A stretch of DNA of 64,000 bases from the NCBI GenBank assembly GCA_000165345.1, contig CM000433.1:512001-576000 (forward strand). The letters run 5' to 3'. Shown here one piece after another: positions 22,279 to 38,419 of this stretch. The notes below the pieces were generated by a model. The model worked only from the letters and a program-made list of their open reading frames with translations, had not been told where the DNA came from and did no database searches. A program made the translations under genes and the position numbers. Each line of letters opens with the position of its first letter. The first letter of the stretch is position 1.

Positions 22279-23217
22279 ATGAAGGAGGATGAAGGAATAC
22301 CGGAGCCAACAAACTTAGGAAATGTATCAGCATCTCTTGAAGACTTGGAGGAAAACTTTGAGGGAAGTAATATAGTGAATAAGAGTTATACCCAGAGAAG
22401 AAGGTATGAGATGTGCAAGAATGGAGACCTGGTGGTTTTGTTTGGAGGATACGAAATGGTTATACAGGTCTTTCTGGAACAAAATGGAAGAACTCAGACT
22501 AGAAATGGGGTCTTCTTACATAATGAGATTATTGGGAAGAATTTTGGAAGTCGAATATTTGATACATCCAAATCAAAGTGGATGGTAGTTTTGAAACTTT
22601 CTCCTGAACTTATCTCAATTTCCCTCAATCATCGTACCCAAATACTCTACCAAGCTGACATTTCATTAATATGTGTGCTCTTGGATGCATCCCCTGGAAA
22701 AAACATTATTGAAGCTGGAACTGGAAGTGGATCTCTTACTGTTTCACTATGTAGGTCAACAAATCCTGGTGGAGCTGTTTATACTTTCGAGTATGATCAG
22801 AAACGCCATTTGGAATCTATCCAAGACTTTCAAAAATATGGTATTTCCAATGTTGTCTGCCAGCATAGAGATGTATGCAAGGATGGCTTTATATCTCCTC
22901 TTTTAGATATTACGAAAACCACTATTCATGGAATTTTTCTTGATCTTCCCTCCCCATGGATTGCCATTAAACATGCAGACCAAGTTCTTCAAAAAGGAGC
23001 AAGTATTGTAATTTTCTCGCCATGTATCGAACAGGTATCCAAGAACTGTAATGAACTTAACTTACTCAAATATATCCATATAAGAACTTTTGAAGTACTT
23101 TATAAACCTTGGGGAATTGTTAGAGGATCTTCAAAAAAGTTCCCTACAAAAGGTCTAAGGTATCAACTTCCAATGAGAGGCCATACAGGTTATTTGTCTT
23201 TTGCTATTAAATCATAA
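22279..23217 (+). CDS. TRM61: tRNA (adenine58-N1)-methyltransferase catalytic subunit TRM61/GCD14. Coordinates are from the first ATG; the ORF opens at a TTG at 22258.
   Basis: Strong alignment to human TRMT61A: RTQILY..DIS, EAGTGSGSLT, FLDLPSPW, FSPCIEQV, GHTGYLSFA. Confidence 0.85.
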   Translation: MKEDEGIPEPTNLGNVSASLEDLEENFEGSNIVNKSYTQRRRYEMCKNGDLVVLFGGYEMVIQVFLEQNGRTQTRNGVFLHNEIIGKNFGSRIFDTSKSKWMVVLKLSPELISISLNHRTQILYQADISLICVLLDASPGKNIIEAGTGSGSLTVSLCRSTNPGGAVYTFEYDQKRHLESIQDFQKYGISNVVCQHRDVCKDGFISPLLDITKTTIHGIFLDLPSPWIAIKHADQVLQKGASIVIFSPCIEQVSKNCNELNLLKYIHIRTFEVLYKPWGIVRGSSKKFPTKGLRYQLPMRGHTGYLSFAIKS

Positions 23218-23810
23218 AATGTGATCTCATAAAAACATTTCTCTCATTTTTTTTTATTGAGCTGAGCATGTAGCTTAAATAATATATATTATTATTCATG
23301 TATTATGCAATTTACCGATGGAATTCAAAATAAAAGGGAAAAAAAGAAGCCATAACTTTTTTTCAATACATTATAAGAATTATCTTTCAATTCAATCCCA
23401 ATCAATTTATTTTTTTCTTTCTCTTAATCCAATTTTAAATTTTCGATCAAAAATTGCATGCATGCAATTTGAGACAGGCTATTATTTTTATTAATACGGT
23501 ATTGAATTAATAAAGGTTTTTCATTACTTTGTTTCTCTTCATGATCTTTTTCAACTATTGTACCATTTCAGGTAATATTAGTTTTCTTATAAACAAATAT
23601 TAATTATAATGCAATTAAATCCTCAAATATTAAAAATATATATATTTATATATTACACTTATTTCAAGCCTTGCTTTTCCATTATTGCATATTTTATCCC
23701 CTCATTGCCAAAATCGATTTAAGCGGGAAATTTGATTTGTTTGGAAAAAAAATGTATTTATTTGAATGCAAAAGTAAATTAAACGAATAAATCTGAATTC
23801 CAACAAGTAC

Positions 23811-23903
23811 ATGAGCTGCCAAATAACTCGAGTTACCAAAGAGATTAGTTCGATTATTCAACGTTTCTCTTGTCCAAACCTTCGTTCATACTTCAACAGA
23901 AAC
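23811..23903 (+). CDS. Candidate small unannotated gene, exon 1 (31 codons, ends in phase 0 exactly at a GTAAGT)
   Basis: ATG 23811...aac|GTAAGT at 23904. An E2F-like AAGCGGGAAA lies about 90 bp upstream. Confidence 0.3.
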
Positions 23904-24052
23904 GTAAGTTTAAATCTCTCATTTATCTAACATAAACTGAAGCTATTCTCCCTTTAAACCAAACTGGAATTCACCATTTTAAATCAACTGATTCTTTTTT
24001 TTAATTATTTTTATTTTGTTAAATTCTTCTTTTTTCCTTTTTAAATCCAAAG

Positions 24053-24211
24053 TTCCTTGCACTTTATAATAGGTATCATGTAAAGCTTAACAAAGATCTC
24101 AAAACAAAGAATGAGTTTTGTAAGGAACTCAATGATTACAAAGAAATGCTTGAAAGACAAACCACCATTAGTAATATTTATTATACTGGAATGCTCAATA
24201 CCACTAAATAA
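24053..24211 (+). CDS. Candidate small unannotated gene, exon 2 (52 codons plus stop). The proposed intron is 23904-24052, with a polypyrimidine tract before the AG.
   Basis: Acceptor ccaaAG at 24051-24052. The open frame runs to the TAA at 24209-24211. Confidence 0.3.
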   Translation, partial: FLALYNRYHVKLNKDLKTKNEFCKELNDYKEMLERQTTISNIYYTGMLNTTK

Positions 24212-24857
24212 TTTGCTTTAGTCATTATAATCCTTTATATTTGTAATAACTCAACTAACACTCTTCTTTCGCTCTCTCTCTTTTCCTCTCTATCTTTGTC
24301 TCTATTTCCTCACATCTTACACACACACCCTCTTTTTATCTCCTATTCATTTCCTTATCATCCCAGTTATTCTTCTCTTTTTTCGTAATTTTCTCACAAG
24401 CACGCCCAATCTTTATATTTTTATTACATATTCCAAAAAAGGCTAAAATTTAGTTTCCCGCCCAATCGACTCTGACTTATTCTTGTTACATTTTAAACGT
24501 GTATATAAATATATATATTATAGGAAATATATATATTGAAAGGTATTTTGTGCGTGAGATAGATAGATTGGCCATATATATCGAATAAGACAATTCTCTT
24601 GCATTGATCTTGCTAATTCCAAAAGCAGTAATTGAGAATTTGGAACGCAAATTGAGATTGTGGAAATTGCTCTCAAAATTCAAATAATTTGAAAGTTATG
24701 TGATCTTTCAATCCCACACACTCAAGACTGGTTGTTTAATTCTTACCAATACATAAGTGAAAAGTTTAATAACAATTAGTTGAATAAATACTGAGCATTG
24801 AGATTTCTTATATGAAGTTCTGAAAATTGGTAGAAAGCATAATTGATTCCATTAAAG

Positions 24858-27800
24858 ATGAGTAATATATGTATTGAACCAGAACTTGAAGGATGGAAGG
24901 AATTTTTGGATGAAAAACTTACAGAAAATATACTTAATACTGGTTACTTATGTTTGGAAATCCCAGAAAGTTTCAAATTATCAAAAGTGACTCCTGAAAA
25001 TAGTTCAAATTACCAATATAGCGTAATGTACACTCCTTGTGATATACGAGAACTTGCTCTTTATTGTGGAGAAGAGCAAGGTAAGTACGTCTCACAACTC
25101 TTGAAGCTAGTATTTGAAAGGCTACTTCAACTTGTTGGAATTAATGATATTTTTCTTCATAATAATAACACAAAGATACCATTTCAAAGTTCCAGAGAGT
25201 GTAAGAAGCTCAAATTGGATGAAGAAAACTGTGATCAAAGTAAATTAGATCCTCTCTTGAAATTAGAATTATCTTCAAATCATGAAAATAAATCTAAAGA
25301 AGAAACTGAATGGTTTCTTTGTAGAACTGTGAGTGTAAATAGCCATAGCCTTCCATTATCTACACCAATTAATTGGATTAGCTGTGAAGATATTGAACAT
25401 ATCCTTCATACTGTAAAAGATGCATTCCACTTACATGATATGTTTTATTTATGCTTTCCATTAAGATTGAAACACTCATGTACTCATGAAGATAAGGATA
25501 GAATTGGAATTAATGTTTCTGCTCAAAAGGAAATGGTCATTTTGTTAACAGAAAAGTTTTCTGAGTTTTCAAATCATGTTAAAAAAAGTATATACTTTAA
25601 TAGTTTAGTTGGTGAAGATCTTGAGAATGGAGAAATTAATGTTGAAACAAATCCCAAAGTTGATCAAGTGAAACTGATTGAATCAAAAAATTGGAATAGA
25701 TACTATCCAATGAATTCCCTTCGTGTTGGACTTTTCATGACTTTAAAAATTTCAACAGTGAATTTATTTAAGATGAATCCCGGACTCTTTCAAACCCCAC
25801 TTTTCATTAATCCCTTTTATAACTCTACTTCTTGTCCTTCATGTTATTTTTCATGGCTAAGACTTATTAATTCCAAAAATGGTGATGACAATAATTCATC
25901 AAATTCCAGCACTTTTGACGATATTGAAAAGGTACTAAATGATGAAGAAATGCTTATTCTTGCACTTGAAACCAAAGTTAGAATATTTCTTAATGGCTCA
26001 TCCCCACATGAGGAATATATCAAAGTCAGAAAGGTAATTCAAAATAGTACTGAAACGAATGGAGAATTAGCTGAAAATATACCAAATATTTACGCAGGCG
26101 AAGCAATTTGGCCAGGAATCACTTCTAAAGGAGCATTTAATCCAAAAGTTTTGATTGGATTGATCAACGCTAATTCCATGGTTCTTGGAGCCAAGTTAGT
26201 TAATAAAACCCATGAAAATGAGCATGAAAATGAGCATGAATATGAAGATGAAAATAACAATAATGAAATGAATACTGAGAATCAGATCAATGTTGAAGCT
26301 CGAACGTCAATAATTGAGGGTGCTGATCAATGGACCCAAGGAGGAGAGATTGCATTTCAAAGTAAATACAGTGATATTGAATTATATGAGAAGAACTTGG
26401 AAGACTTTATTTTCGAGAAAATTCATGATGAAGATCTCAATTGTTGTGGATCAAAAAGAAAAGAAGAATTTCCTAATGATATAACCATTGGTAGTACCAG
26501 ATTAATTAAAGTTTGCAGTAAATATACAATGGTTCCATACTTTGGATCCAGGAGCATTGTAAAAATCAATGATTCTCAAGTACATGGCTGTTCTGCATTA
26601 GGAATTTCTCGTGATAAGAAAAATCTGAGTAAAAATATCTCTGTGAACCTTCTTTCTCAGATATGCAGCTATCTGCCTCTAAAGGACTTTTCAAATTTCA
26701 GATTAGTTTGCAGAACTCATTGCTGTCGTACAATCTTCAATTCTTATGTTCAAAATTTGACTTTATTCGAATCTGATTTGTACCTTCCAATTCTTGGTCA
26801 GCTATACCCACTTTTATCAAAAGCAAAATCCATTTCAGTTATTCAAACCTTTGATGAGAAGTTTAACCAATTTGAAATGTTTAACTCAGAATTTAATGGT
26901 AGTGTTGCTAATCTTCATTCTCAATATTGCAGAATTCCTCCAATTGCAATTCAGTGTTTGGCTGCTTATACTCCCAAAGTTAAGAAGATGATCTTTACCA
27001 ACCATTCTAATGCTAATCTTGCGAAAATAATCTCAAGAGCATCAGGAAGGAAACCTGAGACTATTGTAGTTTCCCAAAACTTTGCAAACAATCAGTCTCT
27101 TGGAATTAACTTTAATGCTGATGAAAATCAAGATAATTATGGAGATGAACAAATTAGTCAAGAGATCATCGATTCTCTAGAAAACTCTGGCCAAACAATC
27201 AATTTTCCAGATGGCCTTAATGGTGGTGATATTGCTGGTGAAATTGGGGATGAAATTAATGGTGGTAATAGTAGTAGTGATGTTAATGGTGGTAATTTAA
27301 ATGGTGATATTATTAGAAGTAATACCAATATGATTAATAATGGCAATAACCAAGATATGAACGAAAATACTCAATTTTCCAACTCAAATCTATCAAGTAA
27401 TCCAGGTCAAAACTCGCAAGAAACTGAACTTTCAAATACTGATCAATCACTATTATTAAACTTGCAAACATTTCCAGAAAGTGGAACTTCAATATCACCA
27501 AGTCTCATAGAAATTCATATAATCGGAAGCATTGAATCTTCAAACAGTCTTCCAACAAGTCTATTCAGAATACCAATCACAGCTCCTTTCAGAAAGCTCA
27601 TTAGGTATTTTAGAGATGTTGCAGCTATTCATGAAGGTATAATTGACCTATATATTCTTAGATATGGAATCAAAGATAGACTTATTCCAGATTTATCTCC
27701 AATTGACTATGGAATATTAAGAGGTCCAACAGTATTGTTTGCAATCGGCTATAAAACGCTTCAATACTCTCAAAAAATATGGATTTCTCTTTTTCTTGTT

Positions 27801-28082
27801 GGTTCTGTGCATTTTCCATATCTTCCAAAACTCAGGTTTAATGCATCTATGAGCACTCCCTTTTCTAGGTTGGCAGAAAGCTACTCAAGAAACGTTAATA
27901 TTTCTGTCACAGACGTAATGTTCATATATAAAGACTCTGAAATCGATCTCAATCTTTCTCCCTACGATTACAATGTTTCCGAGAATGACACAATTGAGGT
28001 TATTCTCCGAACTAGGATTAATAATGATAATGTTAGCAATTCAATCATTTCCGACTTCAACAATGGAAGCAACGCCCTTTAA
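24858..28082 (+). CDS. Large hypothetical protein with an F-box-like motif
   Basis: 1075-codon ORF from the ATG. LLSQICSYLPLKDFSNFRLVCRTHC resembles an F-box. Contains HENEHENEHEYEDE and N/G-rich low-complexity inserts. Confidence 0.5.
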   Translation: MSNICIEPELEGWKEFLDEKLTENILNTGYLCLEIPESFKLSKVTPENSSNYQYSVMYTPCDIRELALYCGEEQGKYVSQLLKLVFERLLQLVGINDIFLHNNNTKIPFQSSRECKKLKLDEENCDQSKLDPLLKLELSSNHENKSKEETEWFLCRTVSVNSHSLPLSTPINWISCEDIEHILHTVKDAFHLHDMFYLCFPLRLKHSCTHEDKDRIGINVSAQKEMVILLTEKFSEFSNHVKKSIYFNSLVGEDLENGEINVETNPKVDQVKLIESKNWNRYYPMNSLRVGLFMTLKISTVNLFKMNPGLFQTPLFINPFYNSTSCPSCYFSWLRLINSKNGDDNNSSNSSTFDDIEKVLNDEEMLILALETKVRIFLNGSSPHEEYIKVRKVIQNSTETNGELAENIPNIYAGEAIWPGITSKGAFNPKVLIGLINANSMVLGAKLVNKTHENEHENEHEYEDENNNNEMNTENQINVEARTSIIEGADQWTQGGEIAFQSKYSDIELYEKNLEDFIFEKIHDEDLNCCGSKRKEEFPNDITIGSTRLIKVCSKYTMVPYFGSRSIVKINDSQVHGCSALGISRDKKNLSKNISVNLLSQICSYLPLKDFSNFRLVCRTHCCRTIFNSYVQNLTLFESDLYLPILGQLYPLLSKAKSISVIQTFDEKFNQFEMFNSEFNGSVANLHSQYCRIPPIAIQCLAAYTPKVKKMIFTNHSNANLAKIISRASGRKPETIVVSQNFANNQSLGINFNADENQDNYGDEQISQEIIDSLENSGQTINFPDGLNGGDIAGEIGDEINGGNSSSDVNGGNLNGDIIRSNTNMINNGNNQDMNENTQFSNSNLSSNPGQNSQETELSNTDQSLLLNLQTFPESGTSISPSLIEIHIIGSIESSNSLPTSLFRIPITAPFRKLIRYFRDVAAIHEGIIDLYILRYGIKDRLIPDLSPIDYGILRGPTVLFAIGYKTLQYSQKIWISLFLVGSVHFPYLPKLRFNASMSTPFSRLAESYSRNVNISVTDVMFIYKDSEIDLNLSPYDYNVSENDTIEVILRTRINNDNVSNSIISDFNNGSNAL

Positions 28083-28350
28083 ACAATTTACAAACATTTC
28101 AATTCGATTATTAATTTTGTGTTGATCCAACCATCATTACTTCCCTAATTTTTTTTTCACTTCTTCTATTCCCAGTTACAATGCATTCACTTGGATATTC
28201 TGCATACAAACCTTCTCTTAAAACTTAATTTCAAACTTTATTTTTTTCTCGATTTTTATTACTATTTAACTATCTTCTCTTTCTTTTGAATAATTTGTAC
28301 ACATCCTAATTGCATGCGAATTCTTCTACAACTGCTTCTATTTGCAATAT

Positions 28351-28419
28351 GCATGCATTTTTTATTTATTACGTGTACTATTTTTTATGATACCCCACAT
28401 CTTGGCGCCCAATGACGTG
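28351..28419. promoter_or_regulatory. GCATGCA ... TTGGCGCCCAATGACGTG cluster upstream of the Yip1-domain gene
   Basis: Motifs seen directly. Confidence 0.4.
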
Positions 28420-28831
28420 TCAATTATAAGAAATAAATAATTTTTTTTGGGATATTAAAATTTGAATAATTAACTGAACAAGCGGATTTTTTCTTTTTAA
28501 AAGATCAGATTAGTTTGGAGAAGGAAAATAATAAGAAGGAAATAACTATTTCAAATTTCTATATACTTTTTTTGTGGCCAAATTTAGTAAAAAAGAAATT
28601 CAGATTTGCAAAAATACTTTAATTCAACTAAATCAGCAATAAAAACAAAAAAAAAAAGAGGATACAAATTGCCATAATAAAATTTTTTAATTAAACTCCT
28701 CTTTCCTAAAAGGAATCTCTGTACAGGACTAACTATAACATTTTAAAACTAAGCAACTTTGAAATCTTACTATTGTAAATTCTCCTATTCTCTAGCCTTT
28801 ACTATTTATTAATCAGCTCATATTGTTAATA

Positions 28832-29794
28832 ATGAATGTGGACGACTTAAATTTCAATATAGAAACTGTGAATTTAGATTCAGAGCTGGAATTTGAGACC
28901 TTTGATAGAAAAACTCACGTTGAATCTCAACCCTTAAAGAATTCTGGTTATTTGGGTAGAATTGATGAGTTTGAACCAGGAACTTCTATAGGTGGTGAAA
29001 TAGGACAATCTTACATGAGTGGCCAAACTCAAAAAGGGCTTGAAGGTGAGGATTTAGTCTCTAGGTTCCTTGGATGGTTTAATCCGGTCAATTGGCAAGT
29101 ACTTAAAGGACACTTTAACGTTACAACTGAAGAAATTAAACAGAGATTAATTAGCATTGCATTAGTCACATTTTCAAAGAAAAGTATATTGAAAAATATT
29201 AATACATTTATGACAAATATAAAAAATCCTGCAATTAGTGGAATTTCTGTTTTCCCTCATAAAGGACAAAATGACTTATTTGAAAATGGCTTCGAACTTT
29301 TTTACTGTAAAAGTCTTGACCAAAATAAACGTAGTGATCTTTATGGACCTTTTTGGCTAAATATAACTATGGCTATGCTCATTGGTACATACTCAACTAT
29401 TCTTCCACATCTCAAATCCAAGTACGTCTTAAATCCTGATATTACTCGTCTTACAATGTCTTTCTCATATATATTCACCAGCCTTGCCATTACTTGCTCT
29501 GTTATTTATGGAATTCTACTATACAACAGAGAGAATCTTCCAATAACTTTGATTTTCACTATATATGGATACAGTTCCTTGACGTATTTTCCCGGAATAT
29601 TACTTATTATATTGTTTAACCATACCATCCTGAACTGGATATTTCTTACTATATCATCACTTTTCAATATGATGTTTCTCTATAATTCACTATTTATCAA
29701 TGGGAGTAGAACTCACACCCACTTAAACGTGGCCTTATGTGTTATCATCCCTAATATTCTCCATATTATTCTCCTAAAGTTCCTATTCTTTTAG
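28832..29794 (+). CDS. Yip1-domain family membrane protein (YIPF-like)
   Basis: DLYGPFWLNITMAMLIG motif followed by multiple transmembrane helices. Confidence 0.6.
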   Translation: MNVDDLNFNIETVNLDSELEFETFDRKTHVESQPLKNSGYLGRIDEFEPGTSIGGEIGQSYMSGQTQKGLEGEDLVSRFLGWFNPVNWQVLKGHFNVTTEEIKQRLISIALVTFSKKSILKNINTFMTNIKNPAISGISVFPHKGQNDLFENGFELFYCKSLDQNKRSDLYGPFWLNITMAMLIGTYSTILPHLKSKYVLNPDITRLTMSFSYIFTSLAITCSVIYGILLYNRENLPITLIFTIYGYSSLTYFPGILLIILFNHTILNWIFLTISSLFNMMFLYNSLFINGSRTHTHLNVALCVIIPNILHIILLKFLFF

Positions 29795-30140
29795 GAGTTG
29801 AATATTTCTATCCATAATAAAAGTTAGGAATTGTGAAATAGTCAAAGAATATTAAATGAAATGAGAAGTAAAGAGTAAATAGAAAGAGGAGTAGATTAAT
29901 AGATATAATATACAAAGACCTATAAATAGGATGTATTTAGGTAAAAAAAATAAGTTTTTAAATAACAAACCTAAATAACGATGTTATTGTATAAATAGCA
30001 CTAATACAATGCCAAAGCTTAAATGTTTCAAAAACTTGCCGAATTGACTTTTTATGTGTTATCTCTACTTGTTTGTTTAATCCACAAGATCCACTAATCC
30101 CCACTTAATCCAGGGAAGCCAGAAAATTGATTGAATGGCA

Positions 30141-35000
<4,860 letters not shown>

Positions 35001-35771
35001 AACTTCAATGTAGAAGCTCCCACACTTTGGAATTCTTCATATAATAACTTGAGTATAATTGGCCGAGCCACCACCCGGCCCAGGATGTTGGTTTCCTCAG
35101 TCTCCTATACAGCGTAAGTCTCCTATTCAGTGAAGACTAAGTGGCCAATTACTTGTGTTTTTCTAACTTTTTCATAAAAAAATCGCTTTCTTAGCTTTGT
35201 GAGATTATTTATTTTATTACCCTTTTAATTGTGTACATTTTTCATAAACTGCCTTTTGCCGCCTATTTTATTATTTTTAATTAAACTGGGTAATGACAGT
35301 AATCCAATACCGGCGTTACAAATTTTAATGATTTTTTTCATGCAATATAAATTTTAAATAGAATAAGAAAAGGCTGAAAATATTTTGGAAGAAAATTTTG
35401 ACTTTTAGTATATTTTGAAATTGAAAAAAGGTAGAATTAAGTCAAAAATGTACGATATTAAGTCAAAGTGTAAAACTAAAAAAAAAAGATTATAAATCTA
35501 ATATTACTTTTGAACTATTGTTTGTAAATAACAGGGCATAGCAAAAAATCTTAATTCATAATAGCGGTAGAAAGAAATAATTCAAACTTTTTGAACTCTA
35601 TTAATATCTCTGTCCAGCTTTAACAATATATAATAACCCCGCATAATAATGAAATACTTTATAATGAGAATAAACGAATAATATAGGGGTTTAATTAACT
35701 TGGTGAAAATTAATCCTTAGGATTCGATGAACTAATCCAAATCTTAATACGTTTAGGTAAAGTAAATTCAT

Positions 35772-36656
35772 TCAAATCATTATTTGAGGATCCAAATCTT
35801 TAAAGTATGGATGATTCATAGCATCTCTTGCGGAAATTCTCTTATTTGGATCAAAGCAAAGCATATTAGAGAGCAAATCAATTCCCTCTTGACAAAATCC
35901 AGGAATTATTGAACTCCAAGGCTTCTTTTCAAAGACCTGAAAAGTTCTCTGTTTCCATAAAGGCAATTCCTGAACTTGTGGCCATTCACGAGGATTCGGA
36001 GTTCCTAAAATTGAAAATATCTTCGGAAGCTGATCATCGTCTGTTACACCAGGGAAAAGAGGCTTTCCTGTAATCATCTCAGCAAAAATACAACCAATAC
36101 TCCAAATATCAACAGAAGTCGAGTACTTTTTGCTGCCCATCAATACATCGGGAGCTCTATACCAAAGAGTTACAACCTCATGAGTATAACTTCTAACAGG
36201 TATCCCAAATGCCCTTGCAAGTCCAAAATCAGCCAGCTTAAGTGCCCCATCACTATTAATCAAGAGGTTTTGTGGTTTCAAATCCCTATGTAATATCCGA
36301 TGTTGATGACAATGAGCAACTCCCCTCAAAAGCTGATATAAATATATTTTTATCTGACTATCCTGTAATCCTGTCTTGTTCTCATCCAGTACTTTTTTCA
36401 AGTCCTTTTCCATGAACTCAAAAACTAAAGTTAAACATCTCTCAGAGTGGATAACATCTATTAAGCTCACAATGTTGGGGTGGTGAAGCTCCTTTAATAG
36501 TGATATTTCACGAATTGCTGTGGAAGGAATTCCCTCATCTTCAGCGTCCAATCGAATTCTTTTCAACGCTACAATTCGGCCCTGACTATCCTTGGCTTTG
36601 TAAACCACCCCGTAAGTCCCCTCTCCAACCTTTTCCAGTTTCTGATACTTTTCCAT
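35772..36656 (-). CDS. Cyclin-dependent kinase, Cdc2/CDK1-like (PSTAIRE type)
   Basis: [76 protein letters not shown]. Closely resembles Plasmodium PK5 and other apicomplexan CRKs. Confidence 0.9.
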   Translation of the reverse strand: MEKYQKLEKVGEGTYGVVYKAKDSQGRIVALKRIRLDAEDEGIPSTAIREISLLKELHHPNIVSLIDVIHSERCLTLVFEFMEKDLKKVLDENKTGLQDSQIKIYLYQLLRGVAHCHQHRILHRDLKPQNLLINSDGALKLADFGLARAFGIPVRSYTHEVVTLWYRAPDVLMGSKKYSTSVDIWSIGCIFAEMITGKPLFPGVTDDDQLPKIFSILGTPNPREWPQVQELPLWKQRTFQVFEKKPWSSIIPGFCQEGIDLLSNMLCFDPNKRISARDAMNHPYFKDLDPQIMI

Positions 36657-36830
36657 TAAATACAGAAATCCACAAATATACCTCCTTTTAGAACGTTTAT
36701 TGGGATTATCAGCCCCTTTATATTACCAAAATTCTCTTAATGTCAAATTACCTCATTTTATTACCGCCTTTTTCCGCTGCCTTTCTTCCCTGCCCCTAAC
36801 CCTCACCTGTGCAAAACTCTACCTCAAAGT

Positions 36831-36840
36831 TTGGCGCCAA
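36831..36840. promoter_or_regulatory. TTGGCGCCAA(T) in the divergent CDK/MED6 promoter region
   Basis: Motif seen directly. Confidence 0.45.
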
Positions 36841-36964
36841 TATGCTAACATACCCTTTTGACATAAACTGTGTAGGTAGGAAAATTATATGGAATTAAGT
36901 GAGAGTTTAAGTAGCTTTAATTTACCTTTAAAGTTTAAATCTTCATATTTCCCAATCTAATATT

Positions 36965-37125
36965 ATGACTGATATCCTTGGAGTTCCCCTCTGTTCTTTT
37001 AGAGATGATCTCTGGCTCGGAAGATTTACTTTGACTCCAGAGAATGCTTTGGAATATTTTTATCTGTCCCCATTTCACGACCCAAATAGTCTAAATATTC
37101 AAAGAAAACTTGGGAAGCACACTGA
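36965..37125 (+). CDS. MED6: Mediator complex subunit 6, exon 1
   Basis: PENALEYFYLSPFHDPNSLN matches human MED6 [29 protein letters not shown] donor at 37126. Confidence 0.65.
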
Positions 37126-37237
37126 GTAAGTTTCTTGTAAGAATAATACACCATTTTTCTGGCCTGTATTATTCATTACTACGATCTTTATGTATTCTTG
37201 CAAAAAAATTTGAATTCATCCTATTCCATATTTTTAG

Positions 37238-37638
37238 TGCTTCCGAAGGATTTGAATATAGAATAACTTATATTAACGAAGAAGGTCTTGGAAATGTTCC
37301 GCAACCTCCTGGATCTACTTGGAACACTCCTAACCAATTCGGAATTTTCATAATCCAAAAGTTTTTCATTGAGTTCCAACGTGAAATCCCTCTCAATATC
37401 TACTATATATTATCAGGTACAATTTATGAAGCTCCAACTCTTAGTAATGTCTTCCTTCACAGAACAGCAGAAGCCTTTCTTAGTATGGAAAAAATATTTG
37501 ATACATTGAGTGAAATGTCAAGATTCAGTCTTTATGAAGGATATACCTGGGACAATCTTGAAGTAACCTCAAAAATTAACTCTGATATAGAAAATGCTGA
37601 TTCAAAAAATACCAATAGTGGTGAGGAAGAAAGCTTGG
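37238..37638 (+). CDS. MED6: Mediator complex subunit 6, exon 2 (after the intron 37126-37237)
   Basis: Acceptor ttttAG at 37236-37237. GFEYRITYI...YYILSGTIYEAPTLSNV matches MED6 GIEYILLH...YYIIAGVIYQAPDLGSV. Confidence 0.65.
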
Positions 37639-37726
37639 GTACGTTTCTTCTTTTTCTATTTTGCGTTTTTGTTAAACTAAATTACTTTAATTAATTAACT
37701 CAATTAAATAAATTCTTAATCTTTAG

Positions 37727-37836
37727 TTGAAATAACATATTCATCCAGCAAAAACTCTAAGATAGATAATATTCTCATGTCCACCAAAAAGGAGCTCTTC
37801 GAAAAGATTACAAACTTCGAAAAGTCAAAGAGTTGA
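37727..37836 (+). CDS. MED6: MED6, possible exon 3 (hydrophilic C-terminus). The alternative is read-through of exon 2 to the stop at 37694.
   Basis: GTACGT donor at 37639 and ctttAG acceptor at 37725-37726 keep the frame and end at the TGA at 37834-37836. Confidence 0.35.
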
Positions 37837-38419
37837 ATCATCCTCCATTAAGCTTTCATCAAAAATATATATATACTCTAATTATTAATTCACTGTAAAT
37901 GCTTCTTTATTTGTTACCTTTCTGTGTTAATTCAGCTTTGACAATTAACTCCTATTAAAAAAACAAATACAAAAAAACATTCCATTCACTAGAAATTAAC
38001 CAATCGCACTGCTTCAATATAAATAACTTGATCTCAATTCTTGAGACTTATTTATTCGAATTCGTCTTTTAATATCTTCTTTTTTTAGTTTCTTTTTTTT
38101 AATTTGACAGATCCCATGCCTAATACTTTTATTCACTAATATGTTGGCGCCCAAATGTGAGGTCCGGATTCCTTATTTCATGAAAGAAAGTTTGAGAAAG
38201 TTGGCAAAAAATAACGAAATAGACTTAAAGCATATTCAGTCATAATCTGGGAATAATTATGTTATATGAAACTTTTAAAACACTGAATTGAATGTTTTTT
38301 TTCCTGAGAATCTTTAAACTGCCCTTACTTGGTAATTAAAGAGTAGTTACCCAAAATAAATACATTAAACTCTGAAAGTTTTACAATACATAAATATCGA
38401 AATTAAATAATTAAAGAAA

